Below, one piece after another: positions 12,780-24,150 of a stretch of 64,000 bases of DNA. The position numbers were made by a program, and so were the translations under genes. Below the pieces are notes generated by a model. That model did no database searches. It worked only from the letters and a program-made list of their open reading frames with translations, and was not told where the DNA came from. Numbering within the stretch: position 1 is the first letter of the stretch; every line of letters starts with the position of its first letter. The stretch lies in the NCBI GenBank assembly GCA_013239625.1, contig MU054187.1:15162974-15226973 (forward strand). Direction: 5' to 3'. Origin of the DNA: Lama guanicoe (taxonomy: Eukaryota).

Positions 12780-14250
12780 CACCACTCAGAACATCTAGGG
12801 TGAGTAGAATTCCACTCAATCAACTCAATCAGAATGTTTTCTTGGCTGAATGGTTAAAATCTGGATTAAGGGGTAGTTTATGCCAAATAAAGTTGAGAGG
12901 CCAAAAATTCCTTGGCATAATGTATAGGAAAGGATCCAAAGGTTCTGAGTGATGGAATTGCTGGAATAAAGTTACCCTTTGTAATCTATTCACCCATCCT
13001 AACTATGTTTGCTAAGAGGGTTCACCACGGTCTTGATAAATATACTGGTGAAGGGGTGCCAAGTTCTCTGAAGGGGTCCTGTAGTATTTCAGATGTTGGA
13101 GTTCAGGGAGTGCATTTCAACTCTGCAGTTGAAATGAACTCCCTGATATCAACCATCTTTCAGGATAGCAAAAGCCAAATAAGGAGTATTTTCCAGTCAG
13201 AGGAGAAGTGCGTGTACCTGCCATCATAGGTAATGAGAAGGGCCTTGCCCTCAGGTATTATCGGTGGGAGCCTGGGAATACATAGGACTGGAGACAACTC
13301 AACCTTGGGATGCCTAGGATTCTGCTAGGTCCTGAGAATGCAGTTCCTAGATCTAAATCAGTTCACAGTCCCAGAGCTCCTAGAATAAACACACACTTCA
13401 GGAAGGATGCTTCAGTGTCACCACAAGTGCATACTGTGAATCTGCATCCTAATCTTCCTCAAAAAACAAACCAACCAACCCCATACCACCCCACCAAACA
13501 CCTGTGATCATTTACCAAATAATCATGTATTAGGGAGTCGGAAATACCCAAATGTTGTCAGAACCTATTGGACACTGACTTTGAGCAAACAGTAATTCCT
13601 GGGCATTCAGAGCACAGCTGGCCTCTTCTGGTAAGAGCAGGGTGCAGGGCAATCAGGTGATAGATGCAGTTGTCACCAATACCCTCTTCATAATAGGATC
13701 AAGGATACCTCAGCTGCATCCTATAGCTATTTTCCAAGTTGTTTACTGCATGTCACCTGAAAACAGGAACTCTGGGAGGGGTACAGCCTGGAGTGACTGA
13801 TCTTTTTCATCAAGGGTGAGCAGATTTCATGCTGTACTGTGGGGTCTGAGAGAAGTATGGATGGAAGCCAACAGGTCGTCTCCTGGGGTTTCTTCTCATA
13901 CTATCGTGTCTCTAGTAAGAGTTGGTAGAAGATTAACACAACGTGATACAGTATATTCAAGATGACCAAATAAATGTGTGTTTCCAATGGGATAAGAAGC
14001 TTCAGTAAGTGCTGTCTGCTTAAGATGACTGAAGATCCTGGGCTTGAAGGAATTCAGTAATTTATCAGACTAAGGATTGCCTCCTTTCAGAGAGGAGTAG
14101 GTATATTTGGGTTGTGAGAGGGTATATGAATTAAGTAAAGTGGTAACTCTTTTAGGGTAAGAATAGAAAGAAGGAAGCATATGGGTAATGGGCAACTAGA
14201 GGAGTAGGTATTTGTGTGTTTTTTGTTTTCTATTTATTATCTAAAAATTC
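12780..14250 (+). mobile_element. Degenerate ERVL (class III ERV) internal sequence: gag and protease remnants plus 3' interior
   Basis: ccttggcataatgtataggaaaggatccaaagg...ggaattgctggaat (ERVL gag-like) and ggaaatacccaaatg...ctattggacactgactttgagc...aattcctggg (protease LDT motif region); many stops. Confidence 0.7.
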
Positions 14251-14999
14251 TGTTTTCAGAAATTCCCCAATGTGTGGACTTTGTGGAAAGCAGGGCCCCT
14301 TAATCCACTAAGAACACCTTATGGAGATAAATACATTCTCTCTTTACTTCTTGTTAATGAGAGCATTGGCATGTGGCCCGTGCTTGGTACTCTTCTGGGG
14401 ATAGTGGATCTTGAGCAAGTGACCCAAGGACAGACAATAGTTTTCTGCCTTTTATGTCGCTGAAGTGCTGTGATGTACCTAGGATAGATAAAGCCTTTCT
14501 AGCACTATCTGCAGAAAATTAAAACTCTGGTCTCCTGGGAATTGTGGGGTGGCTGGAAGTTATCTGGTTACATGGGCACTTTTTTCCCTTATAGACTTCC
14601 ATTCCTCCTATTCTCAGCCCTGAGCCTTCCCTTCTTCTCCTTCTACCAAACCTGGTGCCTACATGCCTCTTTGGATTTCTGCAGGGTAAATCAACTTGAC
14701 TCTCTTGGGTATCCCAAAGTGCAGAGACCCACACTTTCTGTTATGGCTCCCTCGCTCAGCCACCCCTTCTAACCACTCTTCTGTAAGCTTTATCTCCTAA
14801 AACTTTGTTGAAATGTTTTCATCCATTGAGGTCTCCTCTGCACCTTGTCCTTTTGACTTGATACACTTTTTATGGTTTTAATGCAAAACTGGGAAAGCTT
14901 CAAGAGGAACAGAAGATAAATACATCTTGCTGCTACACCATGTTCAACACTGTGATCCTCACAAACCAACCTCTTTCAGCAGGGTAGGATGAGCTTGCA

Positions 15000-15260
15000 G
15001 GGCAATGCAGTTGTTAATGTGTATCCGGAAGTTGACTGAATAACAGCACTGTGCTCTAAAGCGCAGGGCCACATCATTACTAAAGCAGCTTCCCTGCTAA
15101 TGATAGAGCAGCTCCGTTTTGCACCCCTCCCCTCCCCCCTTTTAAAATGGAAGACGTCAGGATTAATGAGGCCACATTTGTATCCGAGTTTGATCGGCTA
15201 CTCTTAATGTACTGACCCAATTTCGGTTTCTAATTTTGACAACATTACAAGAAAATCTAG
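15000..15260. promoter_or_regulatory. Candidate enhancer/promoter-like element
   Basis: Repeat-free, CpG-retaining; CCGGAAGT (ETS), CCCCTCCCC boxes, AAAATGG, GACGTCA, TAAT cores. Confidence 0.35.
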
Positions 15261-18185
15261 AATATACATAGACATGCCAAAGCTTCATAGGGAAAATTTA
15301 ATTGAGTTTTTATGTTTGCTGTAACTTACTCAGTTAAAGTACTTTTGCAGACATTCTCCCCTAGTAAAATTAAAAGAACTTAATGTTCTTCCATATGGTT
15401 CGAGTTGAAGGTGTATGTGATAGCCCCCCCCCGCCCCACCTAAAAAACAAGGAACCTTCAAAAACTGCACTGGGTCTGAAACTCAGATATTTTTATTCTA
15501 GGATTAGGACATAAGGTTATATTGAAATACCACCACCCTGGTTGAATTTATGACCTTTTGATGCCCTGGACTGCTTCCTATTGAAGACTCTGCCTGAGAC
15601 TCTGATCTTTCTATAGTTGGCCTATGAGATTTGCAAGAAAGAAGGCTCCAGTAAAGCATAGAGTGTGTGTCTGTAGTCAAGGGATACGACCTCAGGCAAA
15701 ACAATCTGGGAAAAAAGACCACGTCAGCTTCTACTTCCAAGAAAAGCTAGTTGCTGTTTTGATAACAGTAATGTCCCTTTAGTTCAAAGTTACCAGCTAT
15801 CAAAACAAGTTGCAGTTCACAGTCGACTAACTCCTTTCCATCACAGAGAAGCAGATCCTAGTGTAATTGAGTCCAAATAAAAATATATTTACAGAGAAAA
15901 CTAGGCCTATGGGGAGCAAGCAGAAATTAGCAACAAGCTAAGCTTTTTAAGTGTTCAGGCAAAAATGTCACCATACACAATTTATATCCACAGGACTAAG
16001 AAATCATTAGAAAAATTATATTAGAAAGAAGTGATATTTTAAAAGAAGACTCACCAAAGAGACAGGGTAATAATAGAAAGCAATCATCTATCAAAACAAA
16101 ATACAGAATCACTCTTGCTCCATCACATGTGTTAACTGCTCAGCAAAGCAGCTCTACTCTGCACTTGGTATGAGGTTTGAGCAGGAAGTATTATTGTCTG
16201 GCTTCAGAGCCAGGGTAGGATCCAGCCTGAACCTCCAAGTCTTTTCACAAGGAAATATGAAATTGCAGAACAATGTGGGTGGCCAATGGACTGGACTTGA
16301 CTCTCATTTATTAAATAAACACAGACTTGAGTAGTTACTTCTGAGAGCTAGAGCAGTGGCATTGCCAAGGTGTAGCCCTTAGGGGAGAGGGGATTTGACC
16401 CCATCATAAATTTCCTCCAGCAACCTCCCCCAAGTCACCTCTAATAAATGTACAGTTCCAGTGCCCGAAGTAAAATCAAGCGTGCTTGCTCGTCAACATA
16501 GGTTCAAGACAAATCAATTACCCTCCACTTCCAAAAACCTTTTCACCACTAATCCTTTCTATAGAGAATTTCTGGAGCTGCCACCCCACTGAATTTCAGT
16601 CCAATGCTAGAGATCATGCACAGTGTTGGTTCTTGCTGAAACCAGAGCACTAGGGGCCTCCTTGTTCTCCAGTCCTTTTGTATCATGGTTACATTTGTTG
16701 GCAGCTAGAGTAGGTAAAGAAAACCATATTGTTTGTGCAGTATAAAAGACGACTTCTGAAAGATGTGCAGACAGCAAAATCCATGCTTAAGCAATTGTAA
16801 AAACAAGAAAAACCTGAAAACAATTAGTAATCTATTTATACATGTAAAAACTGGAAAACGATTTCTTACTGTATGGACTGGAAATCTCAAAAAAAAAATT
16901 TTTTTCCCGCAGGTTTCTTGGCAGGGAGGGACATGTTCTGGTTCTAGACAGAAAGGAAATCACAGGAGGGGACTGCCAGTGTGTGAAGTGGACACGTATG
17001 GGTGAGGCATGCCTATTTTAAGTCAGGAGTGCTTTTCCAAAATGTAATGAATATAAAATAACAAAAAGAGGGTCATGCAACTTTTTCAATGCATCACATT
17101 GTTGCGTTTTCTAATTATGGTACAGTCAGTGTAACCAGTGAATACTTAGTCGTGTTTATAAAGTAACTACGCTCTAAGTGTATGAAGTTTCAATCATTGT
17201 TTGAATCAGAGAACTTGTGAGTCAAAATAAGCTTGGATTTAAATTCCTGTCATCACCTGAAAGAACTAATTATCTGACCTAAATGTGCAGTGTTGGTTCT
17301 TGCTGAAACCAGAGTTCTTGGACACCCTGCAGGGTTTCAAGGAAATTATGTTCAATAGAACCATGGTATTTGAAGTTGGAAAGAATCTTAAAATCCACTG
17401 AGTCGAAGTGCCACATCTGCCCCAGTGAGACTTGATGTCTTATTCAGAATATACTCACACTGACATAGTGATAGCCACTGTTATCAATAAAACAACAGAA
17501 ATAAGAATAAAATAAGTACAAGCACCTGGGATAGTATTTTGATGTGGTAGAGTTTGAAAGGTATCAAGAAAATTACATGCTCTGATAGAGTAAATAACCA
17601 GAATTGGTTTTCTTATTTAGCCACACAAAATATTCTCTTTCTGGCCATAATATTACAACTAGTTTCATAGCTTTGTGTCATGTCTTCATAGCATGTAACT
17701 ATTTGGACTCTTTAGATTTTTTTTTAAATTGAAACTTTGTCTATTGGGCCACATTTCCTAAGCTGTCACTTAACTGGACAAACCTCCTTGCCAGATGTAG
17801 CTGGAATGTTTTTGTGTATGAGGCATTGTCTGCTTATTAAGCCCCGTCTTTAATTTCAATATAAACTGTTGAGTGGACATTGCTGCTTACAGAAGATAGA
17901 AGTTGGCCTGAAAGACGCCATAGCTACAATGGACAACAATCCTTATGAGAGTCAAGAAATGCTCTGATGCTTGAGATGATTTTAATAGATAAAAGCTGAA
18001 GGCAAGGATGGATTAAGAGAAGCCTATTTAGTCTTGAAAACAGTTAGATGAATGCAGGAGGTGATCATGATATTCTTGAGGATAGATGTCTTCATGATGC
18101 CAGCAGTGAAGAGAACTTCCCTTGGAAGAAGATGAGATGGAAGAACTTTGCCTAGGCTCCAAATGAAAATGGAAATCCCCCAAAA

Positions 18186-18188
<3 letters not shown>

Positions 18189-18218
<30 letters not shown>
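18189..18218. repeat. Poly(A) tract, 30 nt
   Basis: Direct reading. Confidence 0.95.
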
Positions 18219-18222
<4 letters not shown>

Positions 18223-19254
18223 GAGACCTAGGGAAATTCTTCAATAGAGAGATCTTGGCTCTCTCAATCCATGAGCCATTTTGCTCCAGGCAATATATCC
18301 AACGATAAATTTTATAAAGAGACCCCATGATCTGGCACCGCGAGTTGGCGCACAGTTCAGTCCACTCACAGGATCTTAACCTTCTCTGCCAGGGGAGTCA
18401 TCATCTGAATGGGAAAAACCATTGCAAAATTTTCCCTTCGTCTAACAAGAATGACTAATTTTAGATGCATCACAAGGAAGTGTTTTGTTCCAGACACAGT
18501 TCCTAGAAATAGTGGGGCATTCCAGTCCAACAGATGAAAACCTTCCTCACAAGGACCAAACCAGCATGCTCTGGGCCACTTGTCTATGAATCCAAACTGC
18601 CTGCTTTCAAGAAGAGGAGAAGGAGATGGGCTTCTAAAAAAACAGATTTCCAAATCTCACTGTGGACTATCTAGATTGTAGAACATTTACAGCAAAAGTT
18701 CAATCCCAAGAGATCTCTTCCTCACCACTCTTGGACCTATCCTTTCTTGCTGCTCTCATTTGTTAAGTGAAAGCACATTTTATCAGGCTAAACAAAGCTT
18801 AGTTGAACATTTAAATCTATTACGTAATTATAACAATTGAAAAAAATTTTAAATGAGACTTTTGGATTAATTATACAGTTATGCATACACAATATTTTAG
18901 TAAGTTTTAAAATTTTTAAATAAAACTAATACTTAAAATTTAAGCATTTAATAATTTTAAAAAGGCATGGTATATTGGAAAGTTTATTGAACTGAGGGTG
19001 GAATACTGAGTTTAGTTCTGACTTTCTCAGTAACTAAGTTAAATCAGTAGCTTCATCTCTCTATTCATTTGCATAACGAGAGAACTGATCTAACTGATCT
19101 GTTAAGTTCTTCCCAGATCTGAAGTTCTTTGATTCTAACTGTAATATGTCCCTTCTCCTCACATCAGAAATGACCAGCAATATAAAGTGGTGTTTGCTTA
19201 GTGCTGAATTACTACGTTGGATGAGGAGACAGATGTCAGTTCTAGACAGCATGA

Positions 19255-19520
19255 CTAGGTGGATTCATGGAGGATGTGCGATCTGAGCTAGGACTTGACA
19301 GTGGTCAGAATTTTGGTAAGTGAATTGGAGAGCATTCAAGGCACAGGGAGGAGTGTGGCATACATGAACAAATGCAGGAAGAAAAGTTCAAGGTGTGCTG
19401 AGAAGCTAGGAAGCAGACCAAATGGCATCATGAGGAGCTCCTTTTGGAGAGGCCAGCATGAAATTTAAAGACCAAATTTTGGAGAGTCTATAGTGCCTGG
19501 ACATACAAAATTTACCCTAA
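19255..19520 (-). mobile_element. L2 LINE fragment
   Basis: gattcatggaggatgtgcgatctgagctaggacttga...gagcattcaaggcacaggga. Confidence 0.6.
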
Positions 19521-19861
19521 AAAAATCAATAGAATATAAACTTTGTGTTTGTTTGTTTGTTTGGAATTGGTGGTGTGGCTGGAATTACATGTGCAAAAAC
19601 ATTTTTGGAAAAGTAGTGTTAGTCCTTTCCTATTACCCATCAGTTTTCATTTGCTTCCAAGAGCATGGACAACTAAGAGTCAATTCTATTTTAAAGCATT
19701 TGTTTGGTTTAGTTTTCATTCCGTATCAGCTTGTAGCACTGAGGCAAGATGTAGGATCTCATTTGTACATTAGCTCAAATTTCTTCCTTCCCTTATTTAG
19801 TCCAATTTATCTGATTAATTAGGGGTTAATCAGGGAATTTGTTCCTTGTGTCCCACCTTAT

Positions 19862-20211
19862 TGCTATGGACTAAATGTTTCTATTCCCCTCAAAATTCAT
19901 ACGTTGAAATCCCAACCTCCAATGTGATGATATTAGGAGGTTGGGGTTTGGGGAGGTGATAAGCTCATGAGGGTGGAGCTGTCATGAATGTGATTAATGT
20001 TCTTGTAAAAGAGGCCCCAGAGAGCTCTCTCCCCCCTTCTGCCAAGGACAAAATGAGAAGATGGCCATTTATGAACCAGGAAGCAGGCTCTTAGACACAG
20101 AATCTGTTGCCACCTTGACCTTGGACTTCCCAGCTTCCAGAACTGTGAGAATAAATTGCTGGTGTCTATAAAGCTGGTGCTCCATTCAAGTAGCCTGAAT
20201 TGACTAAGATA
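19862..20211 (+). mobile_element. Solo MaLR LTR, MLT1A-like
   Basis: tgctatggactaaatgttt...aaaattcatacgttgaaatc...accttgaccttggacttcccagcttccagaactgtgagaataaa...gactaagata; near-perfect 5-bp TSD CTTAT/ATTAT. Confidence 0.9.
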
Positions 20212-21589
20212 ATTATTAAGAAGATATTTCTTTATTTCTCAAGTATTTCATGTATGCTGTGCTTAAGGGCTTGGGCTGAGCTCTGGGAACAAGACAGATA
20301 GATCCTCCCTTTCTGGTATTTATAATAAGAATTTATAATATCTGTCCATTTACTTTTAGAGCTGAATGATTTTTCAGAAATTGTATTTTTGTATGAGTAT
20401 GGCATATTTTCTTGGCAATGGTGAATTAAAAAAAAACTATGCAGCCCATCCACATAGTTTTTATAGTTATCAGAAATCCTTATTTCTCTCAGGGAATAGT
20501 TTGCAGCCAACAGTATCCCATTTCACTTGTTTTGCCAAATTCTTCACGTTCATAATGAGAAATTCTGAGTTTGTCAATTTAAGTAGTGATTGGTTAATTT
20601 AAACTATTTTATTTACGTTATTCTCCCTAGACCATGCAGACCTGAACTTTAGGAAATCCTGTGGTTGCCATAGAGGAAAGGACAAGGGAGTGGGCTAGAG
20701 CAACAGAAGAGAAAACCAGTGGAGGTCAGCGCTGGCCAATGAAGAAGATGAAGATGGATCCGTCAACTTCCATTATATTTTCAAGACTCATAATTTACCC
20801 CCAGAAAAGGTAAAACCCCTTTATGAGTCTTTTTTGTGATCTCATTTCTGTTGCAAGCGTCTTCAAGATTTCTGTTGTGAACTGATTTCACTTGTATAAA
20901 ATGTGAGCCAACGTGGGGATCATGCCGCGTGATGTGATTGCTCTCAGGGAGGGTTTCGGTACCACCGTTTTTCAGTAGACCATAAAAGGTTGCTTTTCCT
21001 AATTTAGACAGTTTAACACTGAAAAGCCATTGTAAAATTTAGAATGGCATTTAGGATAGTGTGGTAGAATTTTTTTGCACTGAGAGTCTCTGGGCTACCT
21101 AAGTCTCACAATCCCTGGCCTAGAAATAATTATTACATTTTTACTGATGAAAGCTCGTCTGTGTTTTAAAGACTATGTTGGAGTCTTCTGGAATCCACAC
21201 AGCATCCTGGGGGGTGATCTAGTATATCTCTGTGATTAGTGCTTTCAATCAGGTTTTCTTCACTTAATAGATTTGCCAGCTTTTTTGGATTGTCATCGAA
21301 TTCTATGAGTCATACTGCAAATGACCAATAATATCCGACAAGTAGTTTGAGGTGGGGCAGCCAGTTGCCAGAGCTGGACTCCTCCTTCAGACGTGAGCAA
21401 ACTATTCCTCGCTTTCTGACCCAAACTGCCCTGTATTTTGATGCTGTCCCATGACCTCCCTCGTTGTTCCAACACTATGCCTCTCTAGGGCTCAGCTGCA
21501 AACCCTGTTTCTGATATTACCCCTCTTTCTCACCTTAATACAAATTTAACTTTGTCTATTGCATATGGTTAGTATGTAAGTCCATTAGA

Positions 21590-21945
21590 AAACTGAAATA
21601 TGAACACACATACCTTACCTCCTCTGGAAACTTTCCTTGGCCCACGAGCGAGGTTAGATCCCTCCTGTCCTACACTGTCATGGCTCTCTGGCACCTGCGG
21701 AACACTTTTTCCAGGTGTAATTATTTACATAATTATTATTTGGTGTACAATTTCCCTGCTGTATTGGAAAATCTAAGAAGGAATAAGGAAGATGCTTTAT
21801 CTGCATCATTCACTCTTATGTACATTTCCTAACACAGTGCCTGGTGAATGTACAATGACCTCAATCACTGTGAGGAAGGAATAAACAGAATTGCAACTGG
21901 GTGTATAGTAGTAGGCACTTGATAAATGTTGAATTAAGTAATGCC
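21590..21945 (+). mobile_element. L2 LINE 3' end
   Basis: acctcctctggaaactttccttgg...cctaacacagtgcctgg...tagtaggcacttgataaatgttgaat. Confidence 0.7.
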
Positions 21946-22489
21946 TCAATTCACTATTAAGATCTTTCCTGGAGGAGGATTTTGAGGAATAGTGGTGGGA
22001 AGTTCAGTCCTGGTGACAGTTCTGTGCTCAGCTTTTGTATAAAGCTGTTTCTAGTTTCCAGTAACAACACAGGCCCTTCCTCCCAAATGTAGTATTAGGT
22101 CAGTGAGTGCTCATAGGATTTACTTTGTTCCAGACCACTTCAATTTCCCCTCACATTTGCACATTGCTAACCCAGTGGAGTAATGGCTGGATGTTATAGG
22201 AAATTAAAAGGATGAAATTAATCTCCTTTTGCTCCTGAAAATTCAGAATGCCTTTGCTTAAATTAAAGTGGAAATTGTAACCACAGATATAATCCCCTTT
22301 GGGTGTGGAGCAATATGTGATGGAAATTGGCGGAACTTCCGTGGATGCCTTGTGTAGTGGCACTAAATACACTGCATGATGCTTGCAGCTGGGATTTGCA
22401 GACTGTGGAGGCTCTCACAGAAATCGTCCCATGCCTCTCTGTGCCCCATGTTGGTGGGTCCTCTACCATAAGAAGCAGGAGACTGTAAC

Positions 22490-22735
22490 ATTTAAGGTGC
22501 AGACCCTGAAACCAGACGACAGGAGTTCAAAGCCCACGCCTGTCACTTGCTATTTGGGTTTTTCTTGGTGAGTTTCTTTAATCTTCTCTGCCTCATTCTC
22601 CTTACTTCTGAAACAGAAGATGGTGGTAGGACCCACCGCAAAGGGTTATTGTGAAGATTAAATGAGTTAAGGCAGGTGAAGTATGTAGAAAAGTTTGCTA
22701 GAGTACATGTTCAGGAAATACTGTTTTTATTATGA
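22490..22735 (+). mobile_element. MIR SINE
   Basis: ggagttcaaagccc...tttcttaatcttctctgcctca...gggttattgtgaagattaaatgagttaa. Confidence 0.8.
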
Positions 22736-22899
22736 CTATCACAGAGCATGGAATTTGGACAGCGGTGGAGGCCAACACTAAGCAAATAATACATGCTTGA
22801 TTTCCAAATGCTCCTCATTCGAGCTAAAGAAATTGGAAAATGGGAAGGAACTCAGATTAACTTTCTCAACTATTTGCAATAAATCATAATAGTTGGAAT

Positions 22900-23140
22900 T
22901 TGCAATATAGTTTATAGTTTTGTTAGAGTGGTCTCACAGACATTACATTTAGTTATAATATCTGTCTTATAAGTAGGAGGAATTATTGCGATATATACCC
23001 CCTTCAGCAAATGACAGGACTAAAGGTAAGAGATCGAGTGATTTGACCAACATCACATGGCCTGAAAGTAGTGGGTCAGGGATTAGAGTCTAGTCTCCTG
23101 AAATCTAGTTCAGGACTTCCATACTCACCACTCTGCTACT
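22900..23140 (-). mobile_element. MIR SINE
   Basis: gagtgatttgaccaacatcacatggc...gggattagagtctagtctcctg. Confidence 0.65.
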
Positions 23141-23299
23141 GCTCTGAGGTTGGCCTTAGATTCAAAACTCTCAACTCTTTATTCCTTTACTCTTTTATAA
23201 AATCTATTCATTCTGGTCATTCAAATGTATTTGAGTGTCCACTGGATGGATAGTGCTATTTGTTGTATAATATTCTGTCTCCTATTGATTTTTTGATCC

Positions 23300-24150
23300 A
23301 TATTTAGTAAGAGTTACTAAATTTTAAGCACTAGAAATACAGAGATAAGGGAAACCTACTGTGAAAGAATTTATATTAAAATGGGGAATGCAGATAGCAA
23401 ATGAATTCAAATGTAGTATATATTAATAATATAGGGAAGCACATATACTAAGAAGTTATAATATAGGGGAAATAACTCAGCTTGGAGAAGAAAGGGGAAA
23501 GTGGGTGAGGAAAGACGTCTGAGCTGAATTCACACTGAGTTTAGAATTTAGTCAATAATAATACTAAAGAGCTCACATGAATTGACATGTATTATATGCC
23601 AAGCACTGTTCTAAGTATTTTGTGTATGCTAATAAATAAGACATGCAGCATTATTAAAATTATATCATAACTTTAAATACAAATATTCAAATGTATCTTG
23701 AATTTGTTCACTCTATCTTCTTCAGTGCCACTATCACTTCTCTTCTCAATAACATATGCCATGTCCCTACATGCCCCCACCCCATGCACTCTTACCACAG
23801 TCCAAGCCATTTCCCTCACAGCAGCCAGAATTCACTTCTTAAATGATAAAATGGGGGATGTAACCCCCACTTAAAACTCACAATTATTTCTCATTTTATT
23901 TAGAAGCCCCAAATTTTCTTTATGGCCTATAATAAGACCTTGCACACTATGGTTTCTTCCTACTTTCCTTGTCTTCATTTCTTTCTTTTTTTTTTGTCTC
24001 TCCTTCCTTCCTTCCTTCCTTCCTTCCTTCCTTCCTTCCTTCCTTTTTCTATTCTCTTCTTTCATCACCAACTACTACCTTTTCTCAAGTCTCTCTACAT
24101 AGTGCACAGAACACTGGTACCATGGAAAGCTAATACACGATGCTTAAAAA
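23300..24150. mobile_element. Mosaic of L2 and MIR fragments
   Basis: L2 landmarks (cacagcagccagaattcacttcttaaatg, atggcctataataagaccttgca) and a MIR tail (tatgccaagcactgttctaag). Confidence 0.6.
24001..24044. repeat. (TTCC)n microsatellite
   Basis: Direct reading; it produces the GRKE repeat in the spurious minus-strand ORF. Confidence 0.95.

Noticed and set aside
16621..17314. CRISPR-like repeat
   Set aside because: Only two copies 667 bp apart, in a mammalian context with no cas genes
19811..19833. Hairpin CTGATTAA-7nt-TTAATCAG
   Set aside because: An 8-bp AT-rich stem is expected by chance in 64 kb and is too short for a miRNA precursor
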